A stretch of DNA of 57,487 nt from a bacterium (GCA_043771175.1 JAYVHO010000012.1:1-57487), one strand, 5' to 3'. Shown: positions 18,360 through 29,400, counted from the first letter of the stretch. Made by a program: numbers and translations. Notes: generated by a model from the letters alone, not told the origin.

Positions 18360-19379
18360 ATGGCATCCTTGTTAGTAAAAAAACTTGGAATTGATATTGG
18401 AAGTTCGTATACGCGAATATATATTCCAAATAAAGGGATAGTTTTAGAAGAACCAACCCTAGTAGCATTGTCTAAAAAAACCGGAGAAATTGTTGCAGTT
18501 GGAAAAGACGCAGAAGTAATGCTGGGGAAAAATCCAGAAATAATAGAAGTGTATGCACCTATTTCTCATGGTGTACCTATTCATTTACCACTCCTTGAAG
18601 TGATGATCAATGAATATATTCACAGTGTGGTAAGTTCTTATTCTTTAGTAAAACCAGAAGTGGTGCTTTCTGTTCCCACAGATATTTCTTCAACAGAAAA
18701 GCGTGCTATTGTAGAATCTCTTTTAAAAGCAAATGTAAAATCGGTCTTTGTGGTAAAACAACCCGTCCTGGCGGCCTATGGCGCACAAATAAACACTGAT
18801 CATGCAAAGGGTTCTATGATGGTGACTATTGGTGGAGGAACCACAGAAATTGCAATCACATCACTGGGATCTACGGTGTCTGGCAGATCTCTTAAAATTG
18901 GAGGAAAAGATATTGATGCAAAAATTAAAGAATATGTCAGTACCTATAAAAATTTAGAAATTTCACCTAAAAATGCAGAAGATATTAAAATTGCAGTTGC
19001 CAGTGCTGTATTTGAAGAAGATGAAGAATATGTTGTAACCGTACGTGGACGAGATATATTTTCTGGACTTCCAGCAAGTTTTGACATTACATCAAATGAA
19101 ATTTACCCAATTATTAAAGATTTTTTAGAAGAAGTATGTGAAGGAATCCGATTAGTTCTTTCTACTACGCCACCAGAAATTGTGGTTGATATTATGGATC
19201 AAGGAATTCATTTGGCAGGAGGTGGTGCACAGATTACCAATATTACAGAATTTATTTTTAGAAAAACGGGAGTACGTTCTTTATTAGTTCAAAATCCAAC
19301 TCATGTGGTAATTTTGGGAACTGAAAAAGCACTTTCAAAATTACAGGATTTTAGAGATAGTGAAAAAATTTCACGATAA
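18360..19379 (+). CDS. mreB: Rod shape-determining protein MreB/Mbl
   Basis: LGIDIGSS, IGGGTTEIA, and GIHLAGGGA motifs. Confidence 0.95.
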   Translation: MASLLVKKLGIDIGSSYTRIYIPNKGIVLEEPTLVALSKKTGEIVAVGKDAEVMLGKNPEIIEVYAPISHGVPIHLPLLEVMINEYIHSVVSSYSLVKPEVVLSVPTDISSTEKRAIVESLLKANVKSVFVVKQPVLAAYGAQINTDHAKGSMMVTIGGGTTEIAITSLGSTVSGRSLKIGGKDIDAKIKEYVSTYKNLEISPKNAEDIKIAVASAVFEEDEEYVVTVRGRDIFSGLPASFDITSNEIYPIIKDFLEEVCEGIRLVLSTTPPEIVVDIMDQGIHLAGGGAQITNITEFIFRKTGVRSLLVQNPTHVVILGTEKALSKLQDFRDSEKISR

Positions 19380-19388
19380 AAAAGTGTT

Positions 19389-19443
19389 TTGTCATTCCGC
19401 AACAAGCGCAGTCCAGCTGGATCCCGCTAATGGCGGGACGACA
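19389..19443. repeat. REP/MITE-like palindromic element (copy 2)
   Basis: tgtcattcc...gggacgaca ends and an internal hairpin tcccgc-taatg-gcggga. It shares the 17-nt core agcgcagtccagctgga with 56622-56638 (inverted). Confidence 0.65.
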
Positions 19444-19470
19444 GGAAAGGTTTTATGTTAAAATACCCCT

Positions 19471-20094
19471 ATGAATATTCCTGGATTTTATCTTGTTTGT
19501 ATTGATACTCAAGATTTAGTGAGTAGAATTTTACCTCACAACATAAAAGAAATATTATATTCTTGCGGAGTATTAAAAAATGAAGAAATTCAAACAATGT
19601 TTTTTGAGAGAATGTCCATTGATGAAGCTAGAACTCTGCGTAGTCAGGTTTCTTTGGTTATGCAAAAAGGCATTATTTGTGTAGTGGTTGATAGAATGCC
19701 ATTTGATGCCCAGCAATCTTTGTTAAAAATATTAGAAGAATTACCACGTGGAATATCACTGTATTTATGTGTTTCGCCTGATATTGAAATTCTGCCAACT
19801 ATTTTATCTCGAACAGTGAGAAAGTTTTTTAAGAAAGTTGTATTGCCTGAATCAACAGAAATTACCGAACAACTTCTGGAAAAACTTCATAAAAAAGATC
19901 CAGAACTGTATAAAAAAAAGATTCAAGAATTGGGACATGCTATTTTGCAAACAATTACGTTCAGTAAAAAAATGCCACAAACCTCAAAAGAAAAAACATA
20001 TCAACACGTACTGACATTGATAGAAACAGTTCCTGTTTCTCGATCCGCCAAGATAATAGGTGATTTTTTCCTCAATGTGAGAAGGATTTTTTAA
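19471..20094 (+). CDS. DNA polymerase III delta' subunit-like protein (truncated clamp-loader fold)
   Basis: IDEARTLR, DAQQSLLKILEE, and LPTILSR motifs typical of HolB. Confidence 0.75.
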   Translation: MNIPGFYLVCIDTQDLVSRILPHNIKEILYSCGVLKNEEIQTMFFERMSIDEARTLRSQVSLVMQKGIICVVVDRMPFDAQQSLLKILEELPRGISLYLCVSPDIEILPTILSRTVRKFFKKVVLPESTEITEQLLEKLHKKDPELYKKKIQELGHAILQTITFSKKMPQTSKEKTYQHVLTLIETVPVSRSAKIIGDFFLNVRRIF

Positions 20095-20135
20095 AGTATG
20101 TTGCAAAAAAAATGAGGTATGGTATAGTGATTGTC

Positions 20136-20384
20136 ATGAAAAAAGGTATTCACCCACAATCACAAAACGTCGTGTTTAAGGACGTAGGAAGCAGTGAAAT
20201 GTACGTAATTTCAACTACTATGAAGACTTCAAAAACCGTTTCTTTTAATGGTTCAGAAATGCCACTTATAGAAGTAGAAACATCAAGTTCTTCACACCCT
20301 TTCTATACCGGTGACACCAAAGTTTTGGATACTGCTGGACGCGCTGAAAAATTCCGCAACCGTGCAGTTAAGGCATCTAAATAA
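20136..20384 (+). CDS. rpmE2: 50S ribosomal protein L31 type B
   Basis: MKKGIHP, IEVETSSSSHPFYTG, and GRAEKF; no Cys zinc motif. Confidence 0.95.
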   Translation: MKKGIHPQSQNVVFKDVGSSEMYVISTTMKTSKTVSFNGSEMPLIEVETSSSSHPFYTGDTKVLDTAGRAEKFRNRAVKASK

Positions 20385-20429
20385 ATGTTTTGTTAGAAAC
20401 ACTTCAGAAATGAAGTGTTTTTGACGTTA

Positions 20430-21419
20430 ATGAAATATATGAACAAAGAACAACTTGAAGAATATAAAAAAGATCCACGATTTACCTACACCATCAAAGA
20501 TATTGAAGGTTTTTATAAGCGTATTACAGAAAGTGAATCACTATTAGATGATCCAGAACTCGGACCCATGGTTAACGATGAAATTGAATCACTAAAACTT
20601 CAAATTGTGGAATTAGAAGATTATATTAAAAATATTTTGAAACAAGATGAACTTGCTGAGGAGTTTCCTAATGAACTTATTATGGAAATCAGAGCAGGTG
20701 CAGGAGGGGATGAGGCTTCTTTATTTGCATTTGAGTTGGCCCAAATGTATCAACGATACGCCGAAATAAAAGGATATTATTGTAAAGTTATTGATGAATC
20801 AGCAAATGAAGTAGGCGGGTATAAAGAAGTTTCCATTGAATTTAAAGCGCCAGAAATTTTTAAATATTTGCGTTTTGAAACGGGTATTCATCGTGTGCAG
20901 CGTATTCCTGCAACAGAAAAACAAGGACGTATTCATACCTCAACAGCATCAGTGGTAATCATGCCTATCCGCAAAAAGTTTACCGTAGAATTAAATCCTT
21001 CAGATCTTGAATTTGAAACGTCTCGTTCAGGTGGAGCAGGAGGACAAAATGTTAACAAGGTAGAAACCGCCGTGCGTGTAATTCATAAACCGTCAGGACT
21101 TTGGGTTAGATCTACATCTGAACGTATGCAGCAAAAAAATAAAGATAAAGCTATGGAAATTTTGCGCAATAAATTACAAGACATTGCCGATGAAGAGTCA
21201 GCAGCAAAAGATGCCAGTATGCGTTCTGGGCAAGTAGGAAGAATGGATAGATCTGAAAAAATTCGCACCTACAATTTTCCTCAAGACCGCATAACGGACC
21301 ATCGCATCAGACAATCATGGAGCAATATTCCAAAAATAATGTTGGGATATATTGACGGCATTATTTCTTCTCTTCAAGAAGCCGGTGAAACAGGGTTTAG
21401 TCATGATGATTTTGAATAA
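20430..21419 (+). CDS. prfA: Peptide chain release factor 1
   Basis: GGQNVNK, PAT anticodon-like motif, and RSEKIRTYNFPQDR. Confidence 0.96.
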   Translation: MKYMNKEQLEEYKKDPRFTYTIKDIEGFYKRITESESLLDDPELGPMVNDEIESLKLQIVELEDYIKNILKQDELAEEFPNELIMEIRAGAGGDEASLFAFELAQMYQRYAEIKGYYCKVIDESANEVGGYKEVSIEFKAPEIFKYLRFETGIHRVQRIPATEKQGRIHTSTASVVIMPIRKKFTVELNPSDLEFETSRSGGAGGQNVNKVETAVRVIHKPSGLWVRSTSERMQQKNKDKAMEILRNKLQDIADEESAAKDASMRSGQVGRMDRSEKIRTYNFPQDRITDHRIRQSWSNIPKIMLGYIDGIISSLQEAGETGFSHDDFE

Positions 21420-21580
21420 AAGAGATTTTGAGTTTTCCAAGAAAGTACATTTTATGTTCTGTGGAAATCTATTGACAATATCAATTTAATTTGCTACTAT
21501 CAACTTCACACAATTTTTTTAAAATAATGTTCATCGCGAACCTATTTTTGTTCGCAAATTTGTCAAAAAACTAAAAAGTT

Positions 21581-21805
21581 ATGAAAAAAAGGAATTTCCA
21601 ATCTACACAACGGGTTCGTTTGGTAGTTATGGAAAAAAATGAAAATGATGCAAAACTTAGTAGAGCTTATGGCTTAACTGAGTTTAATCGCATGAAAAGG
21701 GAGTCGCCTGAAGCTCTCCAAATCCAGTTACGTCAAAGTGACGAGTTGGAAAAGGGGAGATTTTTTGAACCGCATGGTGGTAGATCGAATGGAGTCCGCA
21801 CGTGA
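21581..21805 (+). CDS. Hypothetical protein
   Basis: 74-aa ORF after a TTGACA-17-TACTAT promoter (21472-21500), followed by a hairpin at ~21809-21843. Confidence 0.45.
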   Translation: MKKRNFQSTQRVRLVVMEKNENDAKLSRAYGLTEFNRMKRESPEALQIQLRQSDELEKGRFFEPHGGRSNGVRT

Positions 21806-21902
21806 TGTTAGCCGCTTGTTATATTGAGATATAATAAGCGGTTTTTATTTTAGATTTTTTTTGTTATACTAAAAATCAAACTCAACATTAAAAACTTGTA
21901 TT

Positions 21903-22376
21903 ATGGAAACATTAGAGAAAAAAGCCGTCAAAACGGTGATTGATATCAAGGATACTATTAATAAATATTCAAAGATTTTAGTAAAAGAAAGAGACGCAGA
22001 TGGTAGGAGAATTTTTATCTCCAGTTCTCTTCGGTATATCATGCATAGTAGTATTGCTGCGCAGCAATCCGTATGTCTTTTTAAGTATGAGGTGATTGAC
22101 TTGGCTCCAAATTTCAAAAAAATTATTCCATTTTCTGAAAGTGAAATTGGATTTATTATTATGTATTGTGTCGTTCAAATGTGGAAAAAAGATGCCAATA
22201 TTCAACAACCAAGTACGATGCTGACTTTTATTTCTGAAAATGGCACCATGTATATTGAAATTAGCACCAATAGTAATGATTTTAATATCAACATATCATG
22301 TAGCTATGAAGAACCTAATCTTATAGAATATGATAGATTTAATTTTGAATATAATATTTATTCAAAAGTATCGTAG
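21903..22376 (+). CDS. Hypothetical protein
   Basis: 157-aa ORF with an A-rich leader. Confidence 0.6.
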   Translation: METLEKKAVKTVIDIKDTINKYSKILVKERDADGRRIFISSSLRYIMHSSIAAQQSVCLFKYEVIDLAPNFKKIIPFSESEIGFIIMYCVVQMWKKDANIQQPSTMLTFISENGTMYIEISTNSNDFNINISCSYEEPNLIEYDRFNFEYNIYSKVS

Positions 22377-22486
22377 TCATACAAAAGCCGGACGCGCCCT
22401 AAACTTTGTATATTTACAAAGCAGGGTTGCGCGTCCGGCTTTTTTGTTGTAAAAATTGCCCAAATACGCTATTATGGTGGTACGTT

Positions 22487-24277
22487 ATGAATTCCTCAAA
22501 TATAAGAAACTTCAGTATTATTGCTCATATTGATCATGGAAAATCAACCTTGGCTGATAGAATGATAGAACTCACTCAAACCATAGAAAAGCGCGTCATG
22601 AAAGACCAAGTATTGGATTCTATGGAACTTGAACGTGAACGAGGTATCACCATTAAAATGCAGCCAGTTCGTATGAATTTCAAAAAAGGCAGCGATGAGT
22701 ATATTTTAAATTTGATTGATACTCCTGGTCACATTGATTTTTCTTACGAAGTTTCAAGAGCTTTACGAGCAGTAGAGGGAACACTTCTGTTAGTGGATTC
22801 AACTCAAGGAATGCAAGCACAAACACTAACCGTTTTAGATATGGCGCTGGAACTGGGGATTAAAATTATTCCGGTGGTTACTAAAACTGATTCACCTTTA
22901 GCACGGATTTCAGAAGTTAAGAAAGAAATTTCTGATTATCTTTTGTGCGATGAATCAGAAATTTTGGAAGTCTCAGGAAAAACTGGCGCGGGAGTTCATG
23001 ATCTTTTGGATCAAATAATCGAACAAATTCCTGCACCTGCTGTACAAGTAGAAAATCCGCCCGTACAAGGGCTTGTATTTGATTATGCATATTCTGGACA
23101 CCGAGGAATTATTATCTATCTACGTCTTATTGCAGGATCTGTTAAAAAGGGAGATGAACTGACACTTTTGGGTGCGGGAGTTTCTTTTATTGCTACGGAA
23201 GTGGGATTTTTTGCTCCCAAAGAAACACCCTCTGATATTTTGGAAGAAGGAATGATTGGATATATTGTTACAGGATTCAAAGAGGCAGGAATCGCGTCCG
23301 TTGGAGACACCGTCACCACCAAGGCTCGTAAAGGAGAAATGCTTTCTGGATATGGCAAACCAACACCTATGGTATTCGCATCATTGTATCCTGAATCACA
23401 AGATGATTTTCCAGCTCTTACCACCGCACTTAAACGTCTTGCTTTGTCTGACTCGTCATTTACGTTTGAAGAAGAAACTTCTGGGATTTTGGGGCGAGGG
23501 TATCGAAGTGGATTTTTGGGAATGCTTCACCTTGAAATTATTACAGAACGTCTTCATAGAGAACACAATTTGGAATTAATTATTACACAACCCAGTGTGA
23601 CATACAGGATTACCACCAAAAATTCTGAAGTATTAACTATTTATTCTCCCATCCAATTTCCTGACTACGGGAATATTAAAGAAGTAGAAGAACCTTGGGT
23701 GATAACCACATTAATGTTCCCTCAAGAATTCATGAGTGGTGTTATGAAATTGCTTCATGAACATGAAGGAGAAATTACCTCTACGGAAACATTGTTAGAT
23801 GGTCGTGTAAAGATTGTGGTAAATATGCCGCTGCGTGAACTGATGAGAAATTTCTTTGATGAATTAAAATCAACCTCTTCAGGTTATGCATCGGTTTCAT
23901 ATAAAGAGTCAGAATATCGAACAGCCGACGTAGTACGTCTTGATATTTTACTTGCGGAAGAACTTGTTATTGCACTGACAAAAATTGTCGCTAGAAGACG
24001 ACTTGAGGAAGAAGCAGAAAAATTTGTAAAAAAACTTGCTGACACATTGCCTCGTCAACAGATTGTGGTAAAAATTCAAGCTAAAGCAATTGGACGAATT
24101 ATTTCGTCAGAAACGTTAAAATCATTTCGTAAAGATGTTACAGGATATTTATACGGAGGAGACATTACAAGAAAAATGAAACTTCTTGAAAAGCAAAAAA
24201 AGGGAAAGAAGAAGATGCAACAAACAGGGAAAGTTAATTTGGATCATGATGTGTTTATTAAAATCATGAAAGGATAA
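22487..24277 (+). CDS. lepA: Elongation factor 4 (LepA)
   Basis: IRNFSIIAHIDHGKSTL, DTPGHIDF, and RKDVTGYLYGGDITRK. Start moved to MNSSNIRNF. Confidence 0.99.
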   Translation: MNSSNIRNFSIIAHIDHGKSTLADRMIELTQTIEKRVMKDQVLDSMELERERGITIKMQPVRMNFKKGSDEYILNLIDTPGHIDFSYEVSRALRAVEGTLLLVDSTQGMQAQTLTVLDMALELGIKIIPVVTKTDSPLARISEVKKEISDYLLCDESEILEVSGKTGAGVHDLLDQIIEQIPAPAVQVENPPVQGLVFDYAYSGHRGIIIYLRLIAGSVKKGDELTLLGAGVSFIATEVGFFAPKETPSDILEEGMIGYIVTGFKEAGIASVGDTVTTKARKGEMLSGYGKPTPMVFASLYPESQDDFPALTTALKRLALSDSSFTFEEETSGILGRGYRSGFLGMLHLEIITERLHREHNLELIITQPSVTYRITTKNSEVLTIYSPIQFPDYGNIKEVEEPWVITTLMFPQEFMSGVMKLLHEHEGEITSTETLLDGRVKIVVNMPLRELMRNFFDELKSTSSGYASVSYKESEYRTADVVRLDILLAEELVIALTKIVARRRLEEEAEKFVKKLADTLPRQQIVVKIQAKAIGRIISSETLKSFRKDVTGYLYGGDITRKMKLLEKQKKGKKKMQQTGKVNLDHDVFIKIMKG

Positions 24278-24316
24278 ATGGGGCATAAAAAAAGAGCTTG
24301 AAAATTCAAGCTCTTT

Positions 24317-24393
24317 TGGCTGGGGCAGTAGGATTCGAACCTACGTAGTCCAAACCAAAATTGGAAGCACTGGGCCATCTGTGCTATACCCCT
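24317..24393 (-). tRNA. tRNA-Gln(TTG), atypical
   Basis: Anticodon arm tccaa-ttTTGgt-ttgga, T arm gtagg-ttcgaat-cctac, encoded CCA. It has an A1:A72 mismatch and an unusual D loop. Confidence 0.8.
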
Positions 24394-24441
24394 AATTTGG
24401 ATTTTTAGTATAGCAAAGGTTTTTATAAAGTCAAACTTTAA

Positions 24442-24558
24442 TTACATGCCAAAAATACCAGCATATGCACCCAGCATTGAAATGATAATTAAAATTGCAA
24501 TTACGCTGAAAATGGCAGTAATTTTCTTTTTGTGTTTTGGGTGAAAGATAGAACTCAT
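24442..24558 (-). CDS. Small single-pass membrane protein (38 aa), not in the ORF track
   Basis: MSSIFHPKHKKKITAIFSVIAILIIISMLGAYAGIFGM*: basic N-terminus followed by one TM helix. Confidence 0.6.
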   Translation of the reverse strand: MSSIFHPKHKKKITAIFSVIAILIIISMLGAYAGIFGM

Positions 24559-24599
24559 AATGAACAGAATTTATATATTATAATGTAAGTATATCGCCT

Positions 24600-25022
24600 A
24601 TGCCTCAATTAGCAAGTGGAATTCCTAAAAGAAAACGTCTCAAAATATACAACAAGAAAAGAATTTTTTTGACTCTTTTTGTGGTGCTACTGTTGTTAAC
24701 TTTGACGATACATTTTACGGTAAAAATGCGAAGGGTTTATTTGCGTTCACAAGTTATGTATGAAAAACAAGCATCAGCCCTGCAAGGCTTGCAAGATAAA
24801 AGTAAAGAATTAGATGATCAATTAAAAATTTATGATTCACCCGTGGGGCAAGAAAGACTCCTTCGTGAACGATATAACTTTGCCAAAGAAGGTGAGCATG
24901 AAATTATCATAGAAGACACCAGCATAAAAACTCAAACACCACCGGTCAAAAAAAACAGTCTATGGACGATTATCAAAAAGTTTTTAGGATTGTATGAAAA
25001 CACACCATCATCTAATTACTAA
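24600..25022 (+). CDS. Septum formation initiator (FtsB/DivIC-like)
   Basis: Basic N-terminus, TM helix, coiled coil, and ERLLRERYNFAKEGEHEIII. Confidence 0.8.
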   Translation: MPQLASGIPKRKRLKIYNKKRIFLTLFVVLLLLTLTIHFTVKMRRVYLRSQVMYEKQASALQGLQDKSKELDDQLKIYDSPVGQERLLRERYNFAKEGEHEIIIEDTSIKTQTPPVKKNSLWTIIKKFLGLYENTPSSNY

Positions 25023-25689
25023 TTTTTTCAATAGATGGTTTTGTTTGGTAAAGTTTTACAAACGTTGAAGCAGTAAGATAGGAAATAACTATTAATAGTG
25101 GCAAAATTATAATAAAGAAAATAAGAGAAAATGATCCATCAGAAAGTGTTGAAGATGAATAAATAAATAAGAATTGATTAATAGCAAAAAGTATAAAAAA
25201 TCCTAAATGTTCTTTGGTGAGGCGTGATGTTTTTGTAAATGAAGATTTGTACGCTTCCTTAAGTGACATGTTTTCAATACTTATTTCTGTTGTCATAAAC
25301 ATACTACGGATAATAAACAACAATCCAGGAATAATTAAAAATATCAAAGAAGCAGCAGTTCCAATAATCAAACTGATAACTGGTAAAAGAAGTTGTATAA
25401 AAAGTTTTGGAAAAGATTGAGCAGTTTCTATAAGATACTTTGTTTCCAGTGGATTTTTGATTGAACGTGAAATAGTAATAATTCCAATATTTCCAATAAC
25501 TACCAAACACATTACATAGATAAATGATGTACTCAGACTAACAATCTGTGATAATGATCCAATATAATTTAACAAAGCATCGCACAATAAAGCTACTGAT
25601 ATAAGAACAGCAAAAAAACCAAGTTGGAAACGTTTTGAGTACACAAAGTTTTTGGCTGTGTGCGTGTGTGCAATAATGTTATTTTTCAT
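25012..25689 (-). CDS. Hypothetical multi-pass membrane protein
   Basis: About 5 hydrophobic segments; IIPGLLFIIR...SLKEAYKSS pattern. Confidence 0.7.
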   Translation of the reverse strand: MKNNIIAHTHTAKNFVYSKRFQLGFFAVLISVALLCDALLNYIGSLSQIVSLSTSFIYVMCLVVIGNIGIITISRSIKNPLETKYLIETAQSFPKLFIQLLLPVISLIIGTAASLIFLIIPGLLFIIRSMFMTTEISIENMSLKEAYKSSFTKTSRLTKEHLGFFILFAINQFLFIYSSSTLSDGSFSLIFFIIILPLLIVISYLTASTFVKLYQTKPSIEKISN

Positions 25690-25697
25690 ATCTCATG

Positions 25698-25771
25698 TGC
25701 CGAAAGGCGGACTCGAACCGCCGACCTATCGCTCTTCAGGCGAGCGCTCTAACCAACTGAGCTACTTCGGC
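25698..25771 (-). tRNA. tRNA-Phe(GAA)
   Basis: gccgaagtagctcagttggttagagcg...ctGAAga...ggttcgagtcc...ttcggca. Confidence 0.97.
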
Positions 25772-25876
25772 AACTGTGGTTCAATGATATCATACAATTT
25801 TCTGTTCGTCACGATAAAAAATTGACAAATAATTAATATGTGTGTATGTTAAGTTAAACTTAAAATATACATTACA

Positions 25877-26430
25877 ATGAAGAAAATAATAATGTTCGTA
25901 ATTTGTTTAGCAGGTAATGGTAATGATCTTTATGGTCAATCTACAACTATTTTACCAAGTGGTAGCACACAATCAGTATTACAGATTGGTACACAGTCAT
26001 TTGCACTAGGTCGATATTCATCATCGTTTGGATTGGATATCAGCGCTCGATCGTATGCAAGTTCTGCATTTGGTAGGTTTTAGATCAAGGTTCATCCACT
26101 GTCTGGGTGCCTACTGATCCAATTTTTACCATTGGAATTGGTACATCGGATATTTTAAGAAATAATGCATTTACTGTTTTAAAAAATGGAGATGTATTTT
26201 TTGGCAATGCTACATTTAGTTTTTCTAAAAATCAATTACAAATCAAAAATTTAGTGGTAGAAAATGTGTATTTAGATATTAGTAAAGATACCGTCGCAAC
26301 GCAAACGGTTAAAACTCTTGATGGCTATTCTCTTGGTGCTGGTGAGATTTCTATTACTGAAACAATTCTTTATTTATTAAAAGAAGTAAAATCTTTAAAA
26401 AATGAGATAGAAATTCTCAAAAAAAAGTAA
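25877..26430 (+). pseudogene. Frameshifted secreted adhesin-head/tail-fibre-like protein (track ORFs 25877..26083 and 26107..26430)
   Basis: Adding one base at ggtttta (~26078-26082) fuses SSAFGRF to DQGSSTVWVPTDPIFTIGIGTSDILRNNAFTVLKNG. The product ends in a coiled coil (LLKEVKSLKNEIEILKKK). Confidence 0.65.
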
Positions 26431-26432
26431 TT

Positions 26433-26462
26433 AAGCCCTGCCGATATATCGGCAGGGCTTTT
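26433..26462. terminator. Perfect 28-bp palindrome/terminator
   Basis: aagccctgccgata|tatcggcagggctt followed by tt. Confidence 0.7.
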
Positions 26463-26499
26463 GACTTATTAAATATTTTATGGTAAGAGTAGATTACAT

Positions 26500-29400
26500 A
26501 TGAAAAAACCATTATGGTATAAGCAATTAACAGTACTGCTCATATGCTCACTGTTAATGCAAAACTTATTTGCTTTCACTTTGGTACACGCTCAAGAAGA
26601 AGTTGTGATAGAAACACCTCTCACAAATTCATCCTCGGTCGATGTACCTTTTTTAATACCTCAAGAAGTTATCTCTGGTGAATTACCAAATAGAACACAG
26701 GATGTTTTGCCATCTGAAGTCTTGAAAGTAGAAATACCTACTGAAACACCAAAACCACAATTATCAGATTCAGCGCCTGACATTGCACCAGATACCACAA
26801 ATTTAAATCCAGATACCACAAATTCTCTTGCCGCAGTAGCAGAAAAAGAACAAACAGGGCGTAATGCACCATCAATAACATCAGCAACTGAACCATTTCA
26901 ACAAACAGCAGTTCTTCAAAAGCCTCAGTATGTTGCTAAGCCTGATGTTGATAATACTACCGGTGCTATGAGTTTTGATATTCCTTTTGAAATTCCAATC
27001 CCAGAAATGATTGACCAAAAACTCGTTCCTCAACTTTCTCTGTCATATAATTCAAGTAATACTGCTAAAAATACCCCTTTTGCATATGGTTGGAACTTTG
27101 ATATACCAAGTATTTATCGAATTAATGAGCGTGGAACTGATAAGATGTACCAGTATAGTACAAGCCTCATGTCTTCAAAATATGGAATTATTCGATATAT
27201 AAATGATGGATATTCTGTATATAATGCTGATGTAATTCCGCAAGAAATTAAATCTAAAAACATGAATGCATATCCAAAAGAACTTGAATTCGGGTATCAA
27301 AAAGATATAACGAAAGAAACCTATCAATTATTTGCAAAGCCAAATAATGAATCGGTTAAAGAAAGTACGATAGCTGGTGATGTTGCGAATGATATTACGA
27401 GCTCGGTTATCGTTGTGGATACTACTACCGAAAATTCATTTTCTTCGTCAAATCAAGCAAAGCAAGTTTTTACACCTGCCATTGAGGTACCATCAACAAA
27501 TATAAATCCAACCGCACCAGTTTCTCAAAATGCGATGGTTCCCATTATTGATAACGGAACGCAAACAGAAATAATTTTAAATAGTGCAACCTATATTGAG
27601 CGTAGTTCCGACGGGTATATGTATTATTATGGATATGATGACAGTTCACGACAAAATTCGGCAACTGATCCATATAAAATTTATAAATGGGCACTATCCA
27701 AAATAATTAGCCCAAAAGGTGATAGGACAGAATATTATTATATTGAGTCAAATGGACAATTGTATATTTCAAATATTAAGTATGGTTTAAATACTACTAC
27801 CGACACAGGTGCCTATTCCATCGACTTTACCTACAACATGATTACACCATTTAAAGCATATGATACGGGCTTTGAGGTAGTAACGGATCGCTTGCTTTCT
27901 GAAGTGGTGGTAAAATCTATGATTACCAATCAAGTGGTATATAAATATCAACTCAATTACTCAATTGATAGCAGTTTTTCTTACAATTTATTAAATTCAG
28001 TAAATAAGATTTCTGCAACAAATTCAGAATCTCTCTACTCATTTGGTTACACAACGGGGGGTGGACAGTTTTCTACAACGGGTATTCCGATGACAACAGC
28101 AAGCGGAGGACAAAATGCAAACTGTAGTATTCAGGATTCAATTGATGGATTATGCCGTCAATTGCTTGATTTAAATGGTGATGGTTTGACTGATTATTAC
28201 ACTATTGATAATACATATGGTTATTTAACCGTAAAATGGTATATAAATAATGGTGTTGAATTTGTATATTATTCAAATTCTCAAATATCATTAAACAATA
28301 CTGGAGGTTCATATAATATGGTATTTGATGTGAACGGAGATAATATGCCGGATCTCATTACTCATGAATTAAATGGTTCTAAAAATGTTTTTATCAATAA
28401 CGGAGAAAAATGGCAATACCGATATGATTGGATAGCACCACCATTTAGTTTGCGAAATTTTTCTCTGCGGTCAGATGTCAAAAATTTTGGTGTTACCTAT
28501 TCTGATGGGTGTTGGACAGGAGAATGGAATTGTTCTGTATTTAAAGGGTTCATTTTTGATATCAATAAAGATGGATTAAATGATATTTTTAGACTTAAAG
28601 GTGCTCAAGATCAAGAGTTGTGGATAAATAATGGAAGTGGTTGGACTCTTGATACTTCAGGTAATTTTAAAATTTCATTTACGAGCTATGAAACATTTAG
28701 CACGATTATGAGCGATAATGTTAAATATAGTTTGGTTGATATTAATGGTGATGGATATGAAGATTTCTTTAAACAATCATCAGAAAATAGTACCAGCTAT
28801 ATGGCATATCTGTATAATCCAAGTAACTTGCAATGGTATTATGTTGGTGCTTTTTCGCCTTCATTTAATGTATGTGGATTGTATTCAAGCTGTCCATTTT
28901 CAATGAGTGATTTAAATAATGATGGACTGATTGATATTTTTACCAATTCTCGTATTTATCTTAACAAGGGATATGACTTTTCGCTGGTGTTTGATAGAGA
29001 TCCAAATACTGGTCAAGTAAATGTTAATAATGGGTTTTCTATGGCATCGGTGCCACATAATAACATTGCCGCATTTTCATCATTTTCTGGTAATGGTTCT
29101 GTTGATGTGTATACCACCAACAATTCCGTTCAATATACAAGTAATGGAAAAGATGGTTTTGCTACTTTAAACGGATGGAATGCTAATGAGGCATATCAGC
29201 AAAAGTTTATTGATATGAATGGTGATACTATGACGGATAAGGTTACTCAAAATGCTGTGTATTTAAATCAAGCCACAACTCCAGGATTACTCAATTCAAT
29301 TAAAAACAAATACGGTGGTGTAGCTCAAGTGAATTACAAAACATCAACTGCATATACAACGCACCAAGGATATACTGCGCCAATCAAAACTGTTGCGAGT

